A DNA stretch of 64,000 nucleotides from Sideroxydans sp. (lineage in GTDB: Bacteria > Pseudomonadota > Gammaproteobacteria > Burkholderiales > Gallionellaceae). A model generated the notes under the pieces. That model was not told where the DNA came from. It saw only the letters and a program-made list of their open reading frames with translations, and searched no databases. Positions within the stretch are counted from its first letter, which is position 1; each line of letters opens with the position of its first letter. The position numbers were made by a program, and so were the translations under genes. Positions 1-11,868 of this stretch are shown piece by piece. The stretch covers positions 17,287 through 81,286 of the forward strand of contig JAGXGC010000004.1 in the NCBI GenBank assembly GCA_024636935.1. Direction: 5' to 3'.

Positions 1-154
1 TTTTCGCATCAGCGTCCGCCAATTCCTTGGCGATCCGTTCCTCACGTGCGTCTATGGCGTTGAGGATCGGCTGATAAAGAAAATGCTTCAACAACCACAC
101 CAAGATGAGGAAGTTGACGACTTGCGCGATGACGGTGAACCAATCTATGAGCAT
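1..154 (-). CDS. atpF: N-ATPase F0 subunit b, 5' part (runs off the window)
   Basis: Manual translation from the ATG at 154 gives MLIDWFTVIAQVVNFLILVWLLKHFLYQPILNAIDAREERIAKELADADAK, a typical b-subunit N-terminus. It lies directly after atpE. Confidence 0.92.
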   Translation of the reverse strand, partial: MLIDWFTVIAQVVNFLILVWLLKHFLYQPILNAIDAREERIAKELADADAK

Positions 155-157
155 CGC

Positions 158-439
158 TTACTTTCCTGCAACCTGTTCGATGACGTGATTCCAGAACGGG
201 TTGGCGAAGATGAGGATCATAGAAACCACAAAGCAATAGATCGCCACTGATTCGACCATAGCCAAACCGACGAACAATGTGCGGGTGATGGTCGCCGAGG
301 CATCGGGTTGCTGCGCCAGCGCAGTCAACGCGGTGGCGACTGCGCGCCCTTCGCCCAAGGCCGGGCCGATACTGCCCAAAGCGATCGTCAGCCCGGCCGT
401 AAAGATCGAGACCACCGCAATGATTGTCATGCTATCCAT
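158..439 (-). CDS. atpE: N-ATPase F0 subunit c
   Basis: Two hydrophobic helices around the QQPD loop; GPALGEG in helix 1, ESVAIY in helix 2 and an ANPF tail typical of N-ATPase c subunits. Confidence 0.97.
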   Translation of the reverse strand: MDSMTIIAVVSIFTAGLTIALGSIGPALGEGRAVATALTALAQQPDASATITRTLFVGLAMVESVAIYCFVVSMILIFANPFWNHVIEQVAGK

Positions 440-463
440 GATGTTTCCTTTCGTTATCGAAGT

Positions 464-1159
464 TCATGTTTCAATGTTTTCATCTGGTTCAGGCTTGCGC
501 GCACGCGTGGCAGCCGCGATGTAGACCGCTGCCAGGATGCTGAAGATGTACGCTTGCACCATGCCCGTCAGCAACCCCAGCACACTCAGAATGATGGGAA
601 AGATGTAGGGCGTGATAGTCAGCAAGATGGCGATGATCATCGTCCCGCTCATCATGTTGCCGAACAGACGGACGGCCAGCGCCAGCGTGCGCGAGAGTTC
701 GCTGATGATGTTGAACGGCAGCATGATGACCGTCGGTTTCAGATAAGCCTTCAGATACTTTCCCAGCCCGCTCTCTTCGATGCCGAACAGCGGCACCGCC
801 ACGAACACGCAGATCGCCAGCGCCACTGTGGTCGACAGCGAACCGGTCGGCGGTTCATAGCCGGGGATGATGGTGAACAGGCTCGCCATGGCGACGAACA
901 GGAACAAGGTGCCGAGGAAATCCAGATATTTCTGCGGCTGACTCATGCCGACCTCTTCTATCTGTTTGAGGATGCCGGACACGATGATCTCCAACAGGTT
1001 TTGCCAGCGTGAACGTTGCAGCTCGATGGAAAGATTGCGCGTAACAAGTTTAGAACCGACCGCCAGCACGGCCATCAATCCCCATGTGTAGGCTATCGTG
1101 GCGTTGAGTTTAAAAAACCCCGATTGCCAGTAAACGATCGCGTCCGGGCTAAGTTGCAT
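464..1159 (-). CDS. atpB: N-ATPase F0 subunit a
   Basis: RTLALAVRLFGNM and QAYIF motifs. Start reassigned to MQLSPD at 1159; the ORF-track extension upstream is unlikely to be coding. Confidence 0.95.
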   Translation of the reverse strand: MQLSPDAIVYWQSGFFKLNATIAYTWGLMAVLAVGSKLVTRNLSIELQRSRWQNLLEIIVSGILKQIEEVGMSQPQKYLDFLGTLFLFVAMASLFTIIPGYEPPTGSLSTTVALAICVFVAVPLFGIEESGLGKYLKAYLKPTVIMLPFNIISELSRTLALAVRLFGNMMSGTMIIAILLTITPYIFPIILSVLGLLTGMVQAYIFSILAAVYIAAATRARKPEPDENIET

Positions 1160-1466
1160 GATCAGCCTCCTGAATCTGTAGTGTCGCTTGTTGCGTCCCC
1201 CGGGTAAGCCGCGTGACAGCAAGGCGCGCGATGACGAACCCAAGCAGCGCCGCCAACAAACGACGCCAATCGTCCCCCAGCACATAGTAGAAACCCAGCA
1301 CAACGATGGCCGTGCGCAGCAGCATGCTGCCAAAGAACCACAGCGCCGGTCGCGATGACGACAGCCCACGGCGTATCGTCCACCACAGACCGCCGAAGAA
1401 GAACATTCCCAGCACGATCCCCGCCATCAGCGCGAATATCAGGCTCAAGACTTCATTCATGCTCAT
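1149..1466 (-). CDS. atpR: N-ATPase accessory subunit AtpR
   Basis: Small membrane protein with FFGGLWWT and SMLLR motifs, located between atpQ and atpB as in N-ATPase operons. Confidence 0.88.
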   Translation of the reverse strand: MSMNEVLSLIFALMAGIVLGMFFFGGLWWTIRRGLSSSRPALWFFGSMLLRTAIVVLGFYYVLGDDWRRLLAALLGFVIARLAVTRLTRGTQQATLQIQEADHAT

Positions 1467-1784
1467 TCTCCTTCCTGTTCATGGATCTCACGGTCTTCCT
1501 TGGCTACCCAATGCCAGGCATTGAAACAACCCAAGCCCAATCCGATCGCCAGCAACATGAGCGTCCACGAATGGCTGCCTCGATAGTGCTCGTCCAACCA
1601 AATGCCGAGCACCGCACCAAGCAGCGTGGGCACCGCCACCGACCAACCCACCAAGCCCATCATGCCCAAGCCAGACCATACGGTCTGCGTGGTGTGGCGT
1701 TGCGCCTTGAGTTTGCGCGCCGCCTTCTCGCCTACCTGTTGGCTGAATTCCGTCTCGCCTGTCGCAGGCTTTGTTTTCTGTTCT

Positions 1785-1792
<8 letters not shown>
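1463..1792 (-). CDS. atpQ: N-ATPase AtpQ (AtpZ/AtpI-like, ATPase gene 1)
   Basis: GLGMMGLVGWSVAVPTLLGAVLGIWLD motif; start reassigned to MTEEQK at 1792. Confidence 0.9.
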
Positions 1793-4652
<2,860 letters not shown>

Positions 4653-4760
4653 GAAAGTCTCACCCTTTCATCTTCCGATTCGGTATCTGCGGCAACCGGT
4701 CGACGGGATCTATCTCCAGATAGAAACGGATCGTCTGAGTCGACCAAGTATTAAGCTGCA

Positions 4761-5075
4761 TCACTTCCGCTCGATACGCTCCAGCAGACTCTCCAGTTGT
4801 AGTGCCAGCGCTTCCCACATAGCCATTGGGCCGGCCTTCTTGATCTTCTCCTCCTGCGACTCACCGGAGGATCCTTGCTTCAATGAAGCGATATGCTGGG
4901 CAAGTCTGTCGCGATCACTTTTCACGTTTTCTATCTGTGAATGAATGTTGGAGTCGGCTGTGCTTCCGGAAAAACCTGTCGTGGCCCGCTCCAGAAGTCC
5001 ATCGATATGCTTCAGCTGTGCTTCGAATCTATTAGTCTGCTGTTCAAAGATCTTGTTGGCATCAGTCATCTTCAT
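4761..5075 (-). CDS. Small helical hypothetical protein
   Basis: 104 aa ORF co-oriented with its neighbours, helical/coiled-coil-like composition; no family recognised. Confidence 0.7.
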   Translation of the reverse strand: MKMTDANKIFEQQTNRFEAQLKHIDGLLERATTGFSGSTADSNIHSQIENVKSDRDRLAQHIASLKQGSSGESQEEKIKKAGPMAMWEALALQLESLLERIERK

Positions 5076-5193
5076 CTCCTGTGGCTTATTGATTACTCAC
5101 TTGTCGCGTTCACTTCGCCATGGCGACCTCAGTGTCGCGCTGGACTTCGTCGTTGAACAAGGGGAATGGCGGCACCGATATTCGCTAGACCAC

Positions 5194-6045
5194 TCATTCT
5201 TTAGCCCAGCTTGCGGCCACCTTCGCATACGCTGCGGCCCGTGGATTGCCTAGCTTGCGGTAATCGTCGGCCACCATTTGATAAGCGTTCGTTCGCAGAT
5301 GGATATCCGCGGTATCTGGGCTGCTCACGCTACCGGCCATCGCAGGTATGCGCAGTTTGATCCCGGTATCGATCAAGTCCGGGTTGTGGTGAGACAATTC
5401 TGGTCTGTTCTCCGCATAGATGATCGGCCACCAATACGGATCGCCCAATCTGCGCTCAGCGATCGACCACAAGGTATCGCCGGGGGACACGACAAACTCT
5501 GTCATTGCAGCGATTGGCGGCGTGATTGTCGGATGCACAGGCGCATCAAGGACGATTGCTGGCGTTTGTTCGGTGTGAACCACTACGGCCTTAACCGGCA
5601 ACACCTCGACCACTTCCTGATTGGACATCCAACGCGTAGCCATGAAGCCAAGCAAAATCAGCAGCAATACCAACAGCAAGATCCAGGCACCAGTTCGGGT
5701 ACGCCAAGTTTTTTTGTCAGGAGTGAGTTCCCTGATACGCAGCAGACGGAATGGTCCGTTGACCGCGAAGCGCAATGCGCCATAGGGACGAAAGTGGACG
5801 CGTGTGTGCTCGGGGATCGTTAACGGCTCACCGGAATTTGGATCATGCCCCGCCTGTTCATCGACATGGGTCGTATGGAAGCGGCCAAAGTGATACAGAT
5901 GAATATCGCCGCCCGCCTCCAATTCCTCACTGATGGCCTTCGCGAATTGATGGATATAAGTGTCTGCTTCGACATTGCTGACCTTGGCACGCCTGGCCAC
6001 CAGCGCCGCAAAGTCGTGGAGCGCGATCTTGTTGTCATCGCTCAT
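5194..6045 (-). CDS. HU/IHF-like DNA-binding domain + transmembrane helix + LysM domain protein
   Basis: HU-like N-terminus (IHLYHFGRFH...GHDPNSGEPLTIPEHTRVHFRP), hydrophobic stretch AWILLLVLLLILLGFMA, LysM (VSPGDTLWSIAERRLGDPYWWPIIYAENR...NPDLIDTGIKLRIP). Confidence 0.88.
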   Translation of the reverse strand: MSDDNKIALHDFAALVARRAKVSNVEADTYIHQFAKAISEELEAGGDIHLYHFGRFHTTHVDEQAGHDPNSGEPLTIPEHTRVHFRPYGALRFAVNGPFRLLRIRELTPDKKTWRTRTGAWILLLVLLLILLGFMATRWMSNQEVVEVLPVKAVVVHTEQTPAIVLDAPVHPTITPPIAAMTEFVVSPGDTLWSIAERRLGDPYWWPIIYAENRPELSHHNPDLIDTGIKLRIPAMAGSVSSPDTADIHLRTNAYQMVADDYRKLGNPRAAAYAKVAASWAKE

Positions 6046-6347
6046 GTCGGCGCACCTGCTTCATCCGATTCGATATCGTAGACTTCCTCACGCAGCACAG
6101 TGCCCGTGCGAAACACCGGCACGCGCCGTTTGGGAAAGATCGCAAAGTCATGACTGGCTGGCCGATAACCGCGATGCTCCGCGTACGTCGCCGTGTCGAA
6201 AGTGCCAAGGTGTGGGATGGTCACCGCATGCCCGGCCCGGAGCAGCTCACGAATCTCCCGCAGCGTCGCCTTCAGTAAGCGATGCGACTGAGTGATCGGT
6301 ATGCCCAACTCCTGTGCGACTTTTTCAACAAGCTCTGATTGATCCAT
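6042..6347 (-). CDS. HU family DNA-binding protein (divergent)
   Basis: ELVEKVAQELG...VTIPHLGTF...RRVPVFRTGTVLREEV matches the HU/IHF fold; overlaps the next gene by 4 bp. Confidence 0.88.
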   Translation of the reverse strand: MDQSELVEKVAQELGIPITQSHRLLKATLREIRELLRAGHAVTIPHLGTFDTATYAEHRGYRPASHDFAIFPKRRVPVFRTGTVLREEVYDIESDEAGAPT

Positions 6348-6466
6348 GAAAGCACCCTAGCGTTTGGTTTATTTGATGCGCGGAAACAAGCAACACGCCC
6401 TAGCTATCGATACGCTAAGCACTGTGTGTAATTGAGGTGACTTTATTGGAACGCGTCGATTGCATC

Positions 6467-6482
6467 CGTGCGTTGACGCACA
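6467..6482. promoter_or_regulatory. CRP-like palindrome CGTGC-N6-GCACA upstream of the HU/N-ATPase genes
   Basis: Seen in sequence; the same motif recurs in other intergenic regions. A second inverted repeat TGATCAC-N3-GTGATCA lies at 6484-6500. Confidence 0.6.
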
Positions 6483-6584
6483 TTGATCACATGGTGATCA
6501 GGTAGGCAGGCATCGCGACGACGTGACAGTGGAGCTCCAATTAGAGAGGAGGTAGTGGCGTTAGCCACTTAATGTCATGCTCGA

Positions 6585-7514
6585 TCAATCAACCTTAGCC
6601 TTACCCAAAACATGTTTGACTTTGGCAATCAGGGTGGCTTTATCGATTGGTTTCACCACGAAATCCGCAGCGCCAACTTTCATACTGTTACTAACGATCT
6701 GCCCGTCGCTTTTCCCGGTGATCATGATCACCGGAATCTTGGATAACTTTGGCTCGGCTTTCAAATTTCGCATGGTTTCTAGGCCGTCCATTTCCGGCAT
6801 CATGACATCCATAAGAATGAGGTCTGGCTGCGCCTTACTCATCATATTCAAGGCTTCACTACCGCTGGTGGCGAAAGTTAGATGATAGTTTTTACCCTCC
6901 AGCAGTTTGAGAATAAGTTTGTGCTGAAAGTCATCGTCATCCACAACCAAGATGTTCGGTCCGCTCAGCTTGGCCTGTTCTGCGATGTTCGATGTGTCGT
7001 TGTGCTTCGTCTTATCTACACGCAGTGTATCCAGCATCTTCTCCATTTCTGCCAAAGGACGCGAGTGCACGGTCAATTCGGCGACCCTGTCACCGACCGA
7101 GTTGAGGGAAGCCAATTCGCGCAGCGCATTGTGGACAGACATGTTCAAGCGGGGAGCGTCATAGGTCATAGGCCAGAACAGAATGTAATCGTCAAAGATA
7201 TCCTTCATGCATAACTCGTACGCACGCCTGACTTCGTCTTTGCTGCTCAGAATGATGGTGCGGTGCGGCTGCTGATGTATTTCCGGACATAAGCGGTACA
7301 TGCTCAGATAGTAGCGTTCAGATTTTTCCAGCGTATTGAATGCCAACACCAGCACATCGGGTCGATGCCGAACAAAATCAGCAACTGCATGATCTGCATC
7401 GGAGGAAATAAATACCTCATTGAATGCTTCGTGCAGGATCCCGCGCACCAGGCCAGCGTCGTCGATGATGTCCGTGGCAATTAATATCTTTGAAGATATA
7501 GCGGAAGTCGTCAT
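6585..7514 (-). CDS. Double receiver-domain response regulator (N-terminal pseudo-receiver)
   Basis: The C-terminal REC is intact (ILVVDDDD, DLILMDVMMPEMDG, FVVKP). The N-terminal REC-like domain has DVLVLAFN, with no phosphoacceptor Asp. Confidence 0.88.
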   Translation of the reverse strand: MTTSAISSKILIATDIIDDAGLVRGILHEAFNEVFISSDADHAVADFVRHRPDVLVLAFNTLEKSERYYLSMYRLCPEIHQQPHRTIILSSKDEVRRAYELCMKDIFDDYILFWPMTYDAPRLNMSVHNALRELASLNSVGDRVAELTVHSRPLAEMEKMLDTLRVDKTKHNDTSNIAEQAKLSGPNILVVDDDDFQHKLILKLLEGKNYHLTFATSGSEALNMMSKAQPDLILMDVMMPEMDGLETMRNLKAEPKLSKIPVIMITGKSDGQIVSNSMKVGAADFVVKPIDKATLIAKVKHVLGKAKVD

Positions 7515-7528
7515 GGTGAATTAATCCT

Positions 7529-8746
7529 TTATGGCGTGCGTTTTTTCGATTCGGCGTAAGACTGATTCCAAGTCTTTATCCATTCCGAAATATCGGCCCC
7601 CGGCATCGCTTTGGCAATGAAATAGCCTTGAGCAATATCGCATCCCCGATTTCGCACAAAATCCCAATCAGCCTGATCCTCGACCCCTTCCGCCACCACC
7701 TCCAACTTAAGTTGCTTGGCCAGATTGAGACACGAATCGAACATCGACCAAAGCTTCTCGTTAGTACAAGCACCATGCACAAAACTCTGATCGATCTTGA
7801 GTTCATCAAAAGGAATGTCGCGCAACTGCGCCAGAGAAGAATTACCAATACCAAAATCGTCGATCGACAGCTTGAAACGCTTCAAACGTAGACGGGTCAA
7901 AATTTCAAGCGGCGCGCGCAGATCGACCATCAGCCTTGATTCCGTCACTTCCAGCGACATCATCTGGGGCGGCACACCTGTCTTTGCTGAAAGTTCGACC
8001 ACAAAATCCACAAAATCCATCGAGGCCAGATCTTCCATCGAGATATTGACGGCAACGAGCAAACTCAGCCCGCTGTCCTGCCAGGCCTTGGCTTGAGCGA
8101 ACGCCTCAGTCAGCACTGTACGGGTCAAGTCGTTGATCAGACCACTCGTTTCAGCCAAGCTGATGAATTGGTCTGGGAACACGAGCCCATCCACGGGGTG
8201 CTGCCAACGCACCAGCGTTTCCACACCCACCACACGACCTGATGCCGCCAGCACCTTGGGCTGGTAATAATTGACCAGCTCGCCATTGTCGATAGCTGCG
8301 CGCAACTCTTCTGCGTCGTACACTTTTTTCTCGGTTTGCGGCAGTCTCTGTGTTGGCGCTGCCCACTTCCCGATCAACTCTGTCAATCCTCGCGGCGTGG
8401 CAGGTTTGTGCAAATGCCCCAGCACTGTAATGTTATGTGCCATTGCCAGTTTTTCGGCGGCCTGCTGCATACGCTCATCTTCACCGCTGACCAGAATGAG
8501 ACTACCGGTAAAGTTTCGCCCAACCAGATGGCGTACGAACTCAAGTCCGTCCATTTCCGGCATATTGAGATCCAGCAGAATCAGCTCGGGCGATTCCTCC
8601 GGTTTGCCGATCTGTGCCAACGCGGCAGCGCCACTCTCGCAAGTAGTAACCGAGGTACATCCCAAGTCGGCCAGAATGTGCCCGATCAGCTTGAGTATGA
8701 AAGGCTCATCATCGAGCACCAAAATCCTGATCGTTGAATTTTTCAT
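7529..8746 (-). CDS. REC-EAL c-di-GMP phosphodiesterase response regulator
   Basis: REC (LILLDLNMPEMDG) followed by EAL (YYQP...ETLVRW, VNIS, DDFGIG, LKID, AEGVE, QGYF). Confidence 0.93.
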   Translation of the reverse strand: MKNSTIRILVLDDEPFILKLIGHILADLGCTSVTTCESGAAALAQIGKPEESPELILLDLNMPEMDGLEFVRHLVGRNFTGSLILVSGEDERMQQAAEKLAMAHNITVLGHLHKPATPRGLTELIGKWAAPTQRLPQTEKKVYDAEELRAAIDNGELVNYYQPKVLAASGRVVGVETLVRWQHPVDGLVFPDQFISLAETSGLINDLTRTVLTEAFAQAKAWQDSGLSLLVAVNISMEDLASMDFVDFVVELSAKTGVPPQMMSLEVTESRLMVDLRAPLEILTRLRLKRFKLSIDDFGIGNSSLAQLRDIPFDELKIDQSFVHGACTNEKLWSMFDSCLNLAKQLKLEVVAEGVEDQADWDFVRNRGCDIAQGYFIAKAMPGADISEWIKTWNQSYAESKKRTP

Positions 8747-8811
8747 GTTCGTATCACCATTAAATCCGTCAGTTCGTTTATACGGGTGATGAATCGGTAT
8801 TCATCGTCGAT

Positions 8812-11800
8812 TCACGCCGCAGACCTTACACGGCGCTCATACTCATCAAGAAAATGCTCCACCTGTGCCAGCGCCTGCTCGAATCTGGGCAACAGCGCTG
8901 CTACCGCTGCACTATTTCCGAGCTTGCCGGCATTCTCTATCTCGGCACACGATTCACCCAGCGCCAGCGCCCCCACCGAGCGCGACGATGATTTGAGTTT
9001 GTGTGCCAACGCCCCGGCAGCCTCCGCCTGACCCGCCGCACAAGCGGCACGCAACTCGACGGCTATTTTTTTTGCACTGAGATGAAAGTCATGCAAGAAG
9101 TCGCGCAGGGTCGCGTCGTCGTCGCCGACTAATTGCTTTAGCACATTCACATCCACCGGCAAGGGGGATGAAGCTTGCAGTCTGTTGTCCATGGGGACAT
9201 CTCCTTCATTCTTATGCGCGCCACGAGGTAGCCACTTCTCCAGCATCGCTTTTAGGTCGACCAGTTGCACCGGCTTGCTCAGGTAATCATCCATGCCGAC
9301 TTCGCGGCAACGCTCGGCTTCTCCGCGCAGGACATTGGCGGTCAGGGCGATGATCGGGATATGCCGCGAGTCCCCCTCTGCGGCACGAATCGTGATGGTC
9401 AGTTCATAGCCGTCCATCTCCGGCATATGCAGGTCGGTGAGCAGTAGGCCGTAATCTCCGCTCCGCCACTGTTCCAGTGCCGCGCGCCCGTCATCGGCAA
9501 CTTCTGCGGCAAACCCGAGCAGCGCGAGCTGGCGCAGAATCACTTTCTGGTTGGTCTCGTTGTCTTCGGCGACCAGAATCAATCGCCCCTGTCGCCGCGC
9601 TTCCTCGCGCGACGGCTGTTTCACGGTCGCGACACTCCTGCCAGAGAAGGGCAGTTCCGCTTCTTCCTGCGCCCTCCCGGCGGCGATGGCCACCGCCTTG
9701 AGCAGAACCCTGCCGGTGAGCACATTACCATCCACCAGTACCAGATTGGCATTCTCCAAACGCGGCTCGCGACGCTGCCCACGCCCGATGACGACGAAGC
9801 GGGTTTCCTGTTCCGGGTGGGCGCGGACTGCGGCGCGCAGGTCATCCAACGGCGGCTCGCCACCTGCGGTATCGATAATCACGATGTATAGACCGGACGG
9901 GAAATCGGTCATCCATTCCTGTGCAGCCGCCAAATCCGCCAACCGTTTGACCACTGCTCCACCATGCACCAGATAGGCGGCGAGATCATCGGCCAGATAC
10001 TCGTGGCCACCCACTACGAGACAGGACAGGCCCTCAACCAGAGAGGATGTTTCGCTGATCCCGGTTTTTTTCGGCGCCAGCGCGAAGGGAAGGCGCACGC
10101 TGAACACCGTCCCCTTGCCCAATTCGCTTTGCACCGTTATCTCGCCGCCCATCAACTCAACCAGGTGGTGGACGATGGACAGCCCGAGCCCGGTGCCGCC
10201 AAAACGCCGGGTGGTGGATATGTCGGCCTGAGTGAAGGGGGTGAAAAGCCCCGACAATGTCTCTTTGTTCATCCCGATGCCGTTGTCGGTCACGCGAAAC
10301 TCCAGTGTTGCCTGTTCCGCTGTGCTCTCGACCAGCAGGGCGCGCACGGACACCCTGCCTGACGGCAGCTTGCCGGAAAACTTGATGGCGTTATTGGTCA
10401 GGTTGATCAGCACCTGGCGCAGGCGCAGCGTATCGCCCAGGACTTTCGCCGGAATTGCCGGATCGACGAATAGCGTGAGCTCTACCCCCTTCTTTTCGGC
10501 CATACTGTCCAGCATGCCACAAACGTTTTCCACCACATCGTCCACCGGCGTGGGCGCATATTCGATCTCCAGCTTGTCGGCTTCGATCTTGGAAAAGTCG
10601 AGAATGTCGTTGATGATGCCCAGCAGGGAATACGCCGATTCGCGGATCAGGTTGACCATTTCCACCTGGTAGCCATGTAGGCTGCTCTGGTGCAGCACGT
10701 CGATCATGCCGATCACGCCGTTCATCGGGGTGCGAATTTCATGGCTCATCGTGGCGAGAAAATCGGACTTGGCGCGGTTGGCGTGCTTGGCCTCAAGCAT
10801 GGCGGTTTCCAGATCGGCGGTGCGCGTTTTTACTTTTTCTTCCAGCTCCTCATTGAGTTTACGCAGCGCCTCCTCGGCCTGCTTAAGCTCGGTGATGTCG
10901 CGGCTTATCCCGAAGATGCCCACAACGGTCTTCTTGTCATCGCCGAACACCGGCCACTTGTTGGTGTTCACCCAGCGCTGCCTGCCCTGCTCGTCATAGT
11001 AGGGGTCAGTCTTGTTCAGCAGAGATTTGCCTTCCTTAAAGACCGGCAATTCTTCTTCGTAGTAAATGCGCGCCGTATCCTTGGGGAAAACCTCCTGGTC
11101 GTGCTTGCCTACCATGTCGCGCCAACTGGCATGGCCGGTGATATTCGCCAGCGTCTGGCTGCAAAAAATAAAACGGCTATTTTTGTCCTTGAAATAAATG
11201 AAATCGGATGTGTTTTCCAGTAAAACAACAAAATTCCGGTTCAATTCGAGAATTTTTTCCTCGGCCTGCTTGCGCCCGGTGATGTCGCGCATGATCCCCA
11301 CGGCATGCCAGCGGCCTTTCTCTTTGAGCGCCGAGATATATATTTCGACGGGGAACTCGCTGCCGTCTTTGCGTATGGCCGTAACTTCCCGTATCTTCCC
11401 GACCAGCGGACCTTCGCCAGTTTTTTGAAAATGGGCAAAGCCGCGCGCGGCATCGGCGTGATCGCGGGGCGGGGCAAGCAACTGGTGCATCTGCCGCCCG
11501 AGCGCCTCCTCCCGGCTGTACTGGAACATCCTTTGCGCTGCAGGGTTCCAGTCGGTAAGCCTGCCATGTTCGTCGATGATGGCAATGGCATCCTGGGCGG
11601 AGGCGTTGATCTGCCGGAAGCGTTCCTCACTCTGTAATTTCTGAAAGACCAGGGAATAGAGCGCAGGAGAAATGATCAGGGTAAGCAGGGTGGCATCAAG
11701 AAAGTTCCAGTAAACATCCGGGATGTTCATGGTGCTGAGAGCATCACCGATTACTACCATGATAAGAAGTTCGGCCACCAGAATGAGTAAGCCCAGGGCG

Positions 11801-11868
11801 ATTGTCAGCCCCAGTGGGGTATTGAACAGCCTCGTCAACTCCAGGTTTTTCATATCGGGTTCATCCAA
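8812..11868 (-). CDS. Hybrid histidine kinase HK1 (2TM-PAS-PAS-HisKA-HATPase-pseudoREC-REC-Hpt)
   Basis: [11 protein letters not shown]-box, N/G boxes, DLHMPEMDG receiver and [13 protein letters not shown] Hpt. The real start may be MKNLE at 11853. Confidence 0.95.
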   Translation of the reverse strand: MDEPDMKNLELTRLFNTPLGLTIALGLLILVAELLIMVVIGDALSTMNIPDVYWNFLDATLLTLIISPALYSLVFQKLQSEERFRQINASAQDAIAIIDEHGRLTDWNPAAQRMFQYSREEALGRQMHQLLAPPRDHADAARGFAHFQKTGEGPLVGKIREVTAIRKDGSEFPVEIYISALKEKGRWHAVGIMRDITGRKQAEEKILELNRNFVVLLENTSDFIYFKDKNSRFIFCSQTLANITGHASWRDMVGKHDQEVFPKDTARIYYEEELPVFKEGKSLLNKTDPYYDEQGRQRWVNTNKWPVFGDDKKTVVGIFGISRDITELKQAEEALRKLNEELEEKVKTRTADLETAMLEAKHANRAKSDFLATMSHEIRTPMNGVIGMIDVLHQSSLHGYQVEMVNLIRESAYSLLGIINDILDFSKIEADKLEIEYAPTPVDDVVENVCGMLDSMAEKKGVELTLFVDPAIPAKVLGDTLRLRQVLINLTNNAIKFSGKLPSGRVSVRALLVESTAEQATLEFRVTDNGIGMNKETLSGLFTPFTQADISTTRRFGGTGLGLSIVHHLVELMGGEITVQSELGKGTVFSVRLPFALAPKKTGISETSSLVEGLSCLVVGGHEYLADDLAAYLVHGGAVVKRLADLAAAQEWMTDFPSGLYIVIIDTAGGEPPLDDLRAAVRAHPEQETRFVVIGRGQRREPRLENANLVLVDGNVLTGRVLLKAVAIAAGRAQEEAELPFSGRSVATVKQPSREEARRQGRLILVAEDNETNQKVILRQLALLGFAAEVADDGRAALEQWRSGDYGLLLTDLHMPEMDGYELTITIRAAEGDSRHIPIIALTANVLRGEAERCREVGMDDYLSKPVQLVDLKAMLEKWLPRGAHKNEGDVPMDNRLQASSPLPVDVNVLKQLVGDDDATLRDFLHDFHLSAKKIAVELRAACAAGQAEAAGALAHKLKSSSRSVGALALGESCAEIENAGKLGNSAAVAALLPRFEQALAQVEHFLDEYERRVRSAA

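Noticed and set aside
464-1369. ORF-track N-terminal extensions of atpB, atpD, atpQ, katA, tal, tsdB and AI-2E
   Set aside because: The extensions overlap upstream genes and are non-homologous; downstream ATGs with RBS give family-typical N-termini.
8788-8805. Small inverted repeat gatgaat-cggt-attcatc between HK1 and REC-EAL
   Set aside because: AT-rich 7 bp stem without a U tract; not enough to call a terminator or operator.
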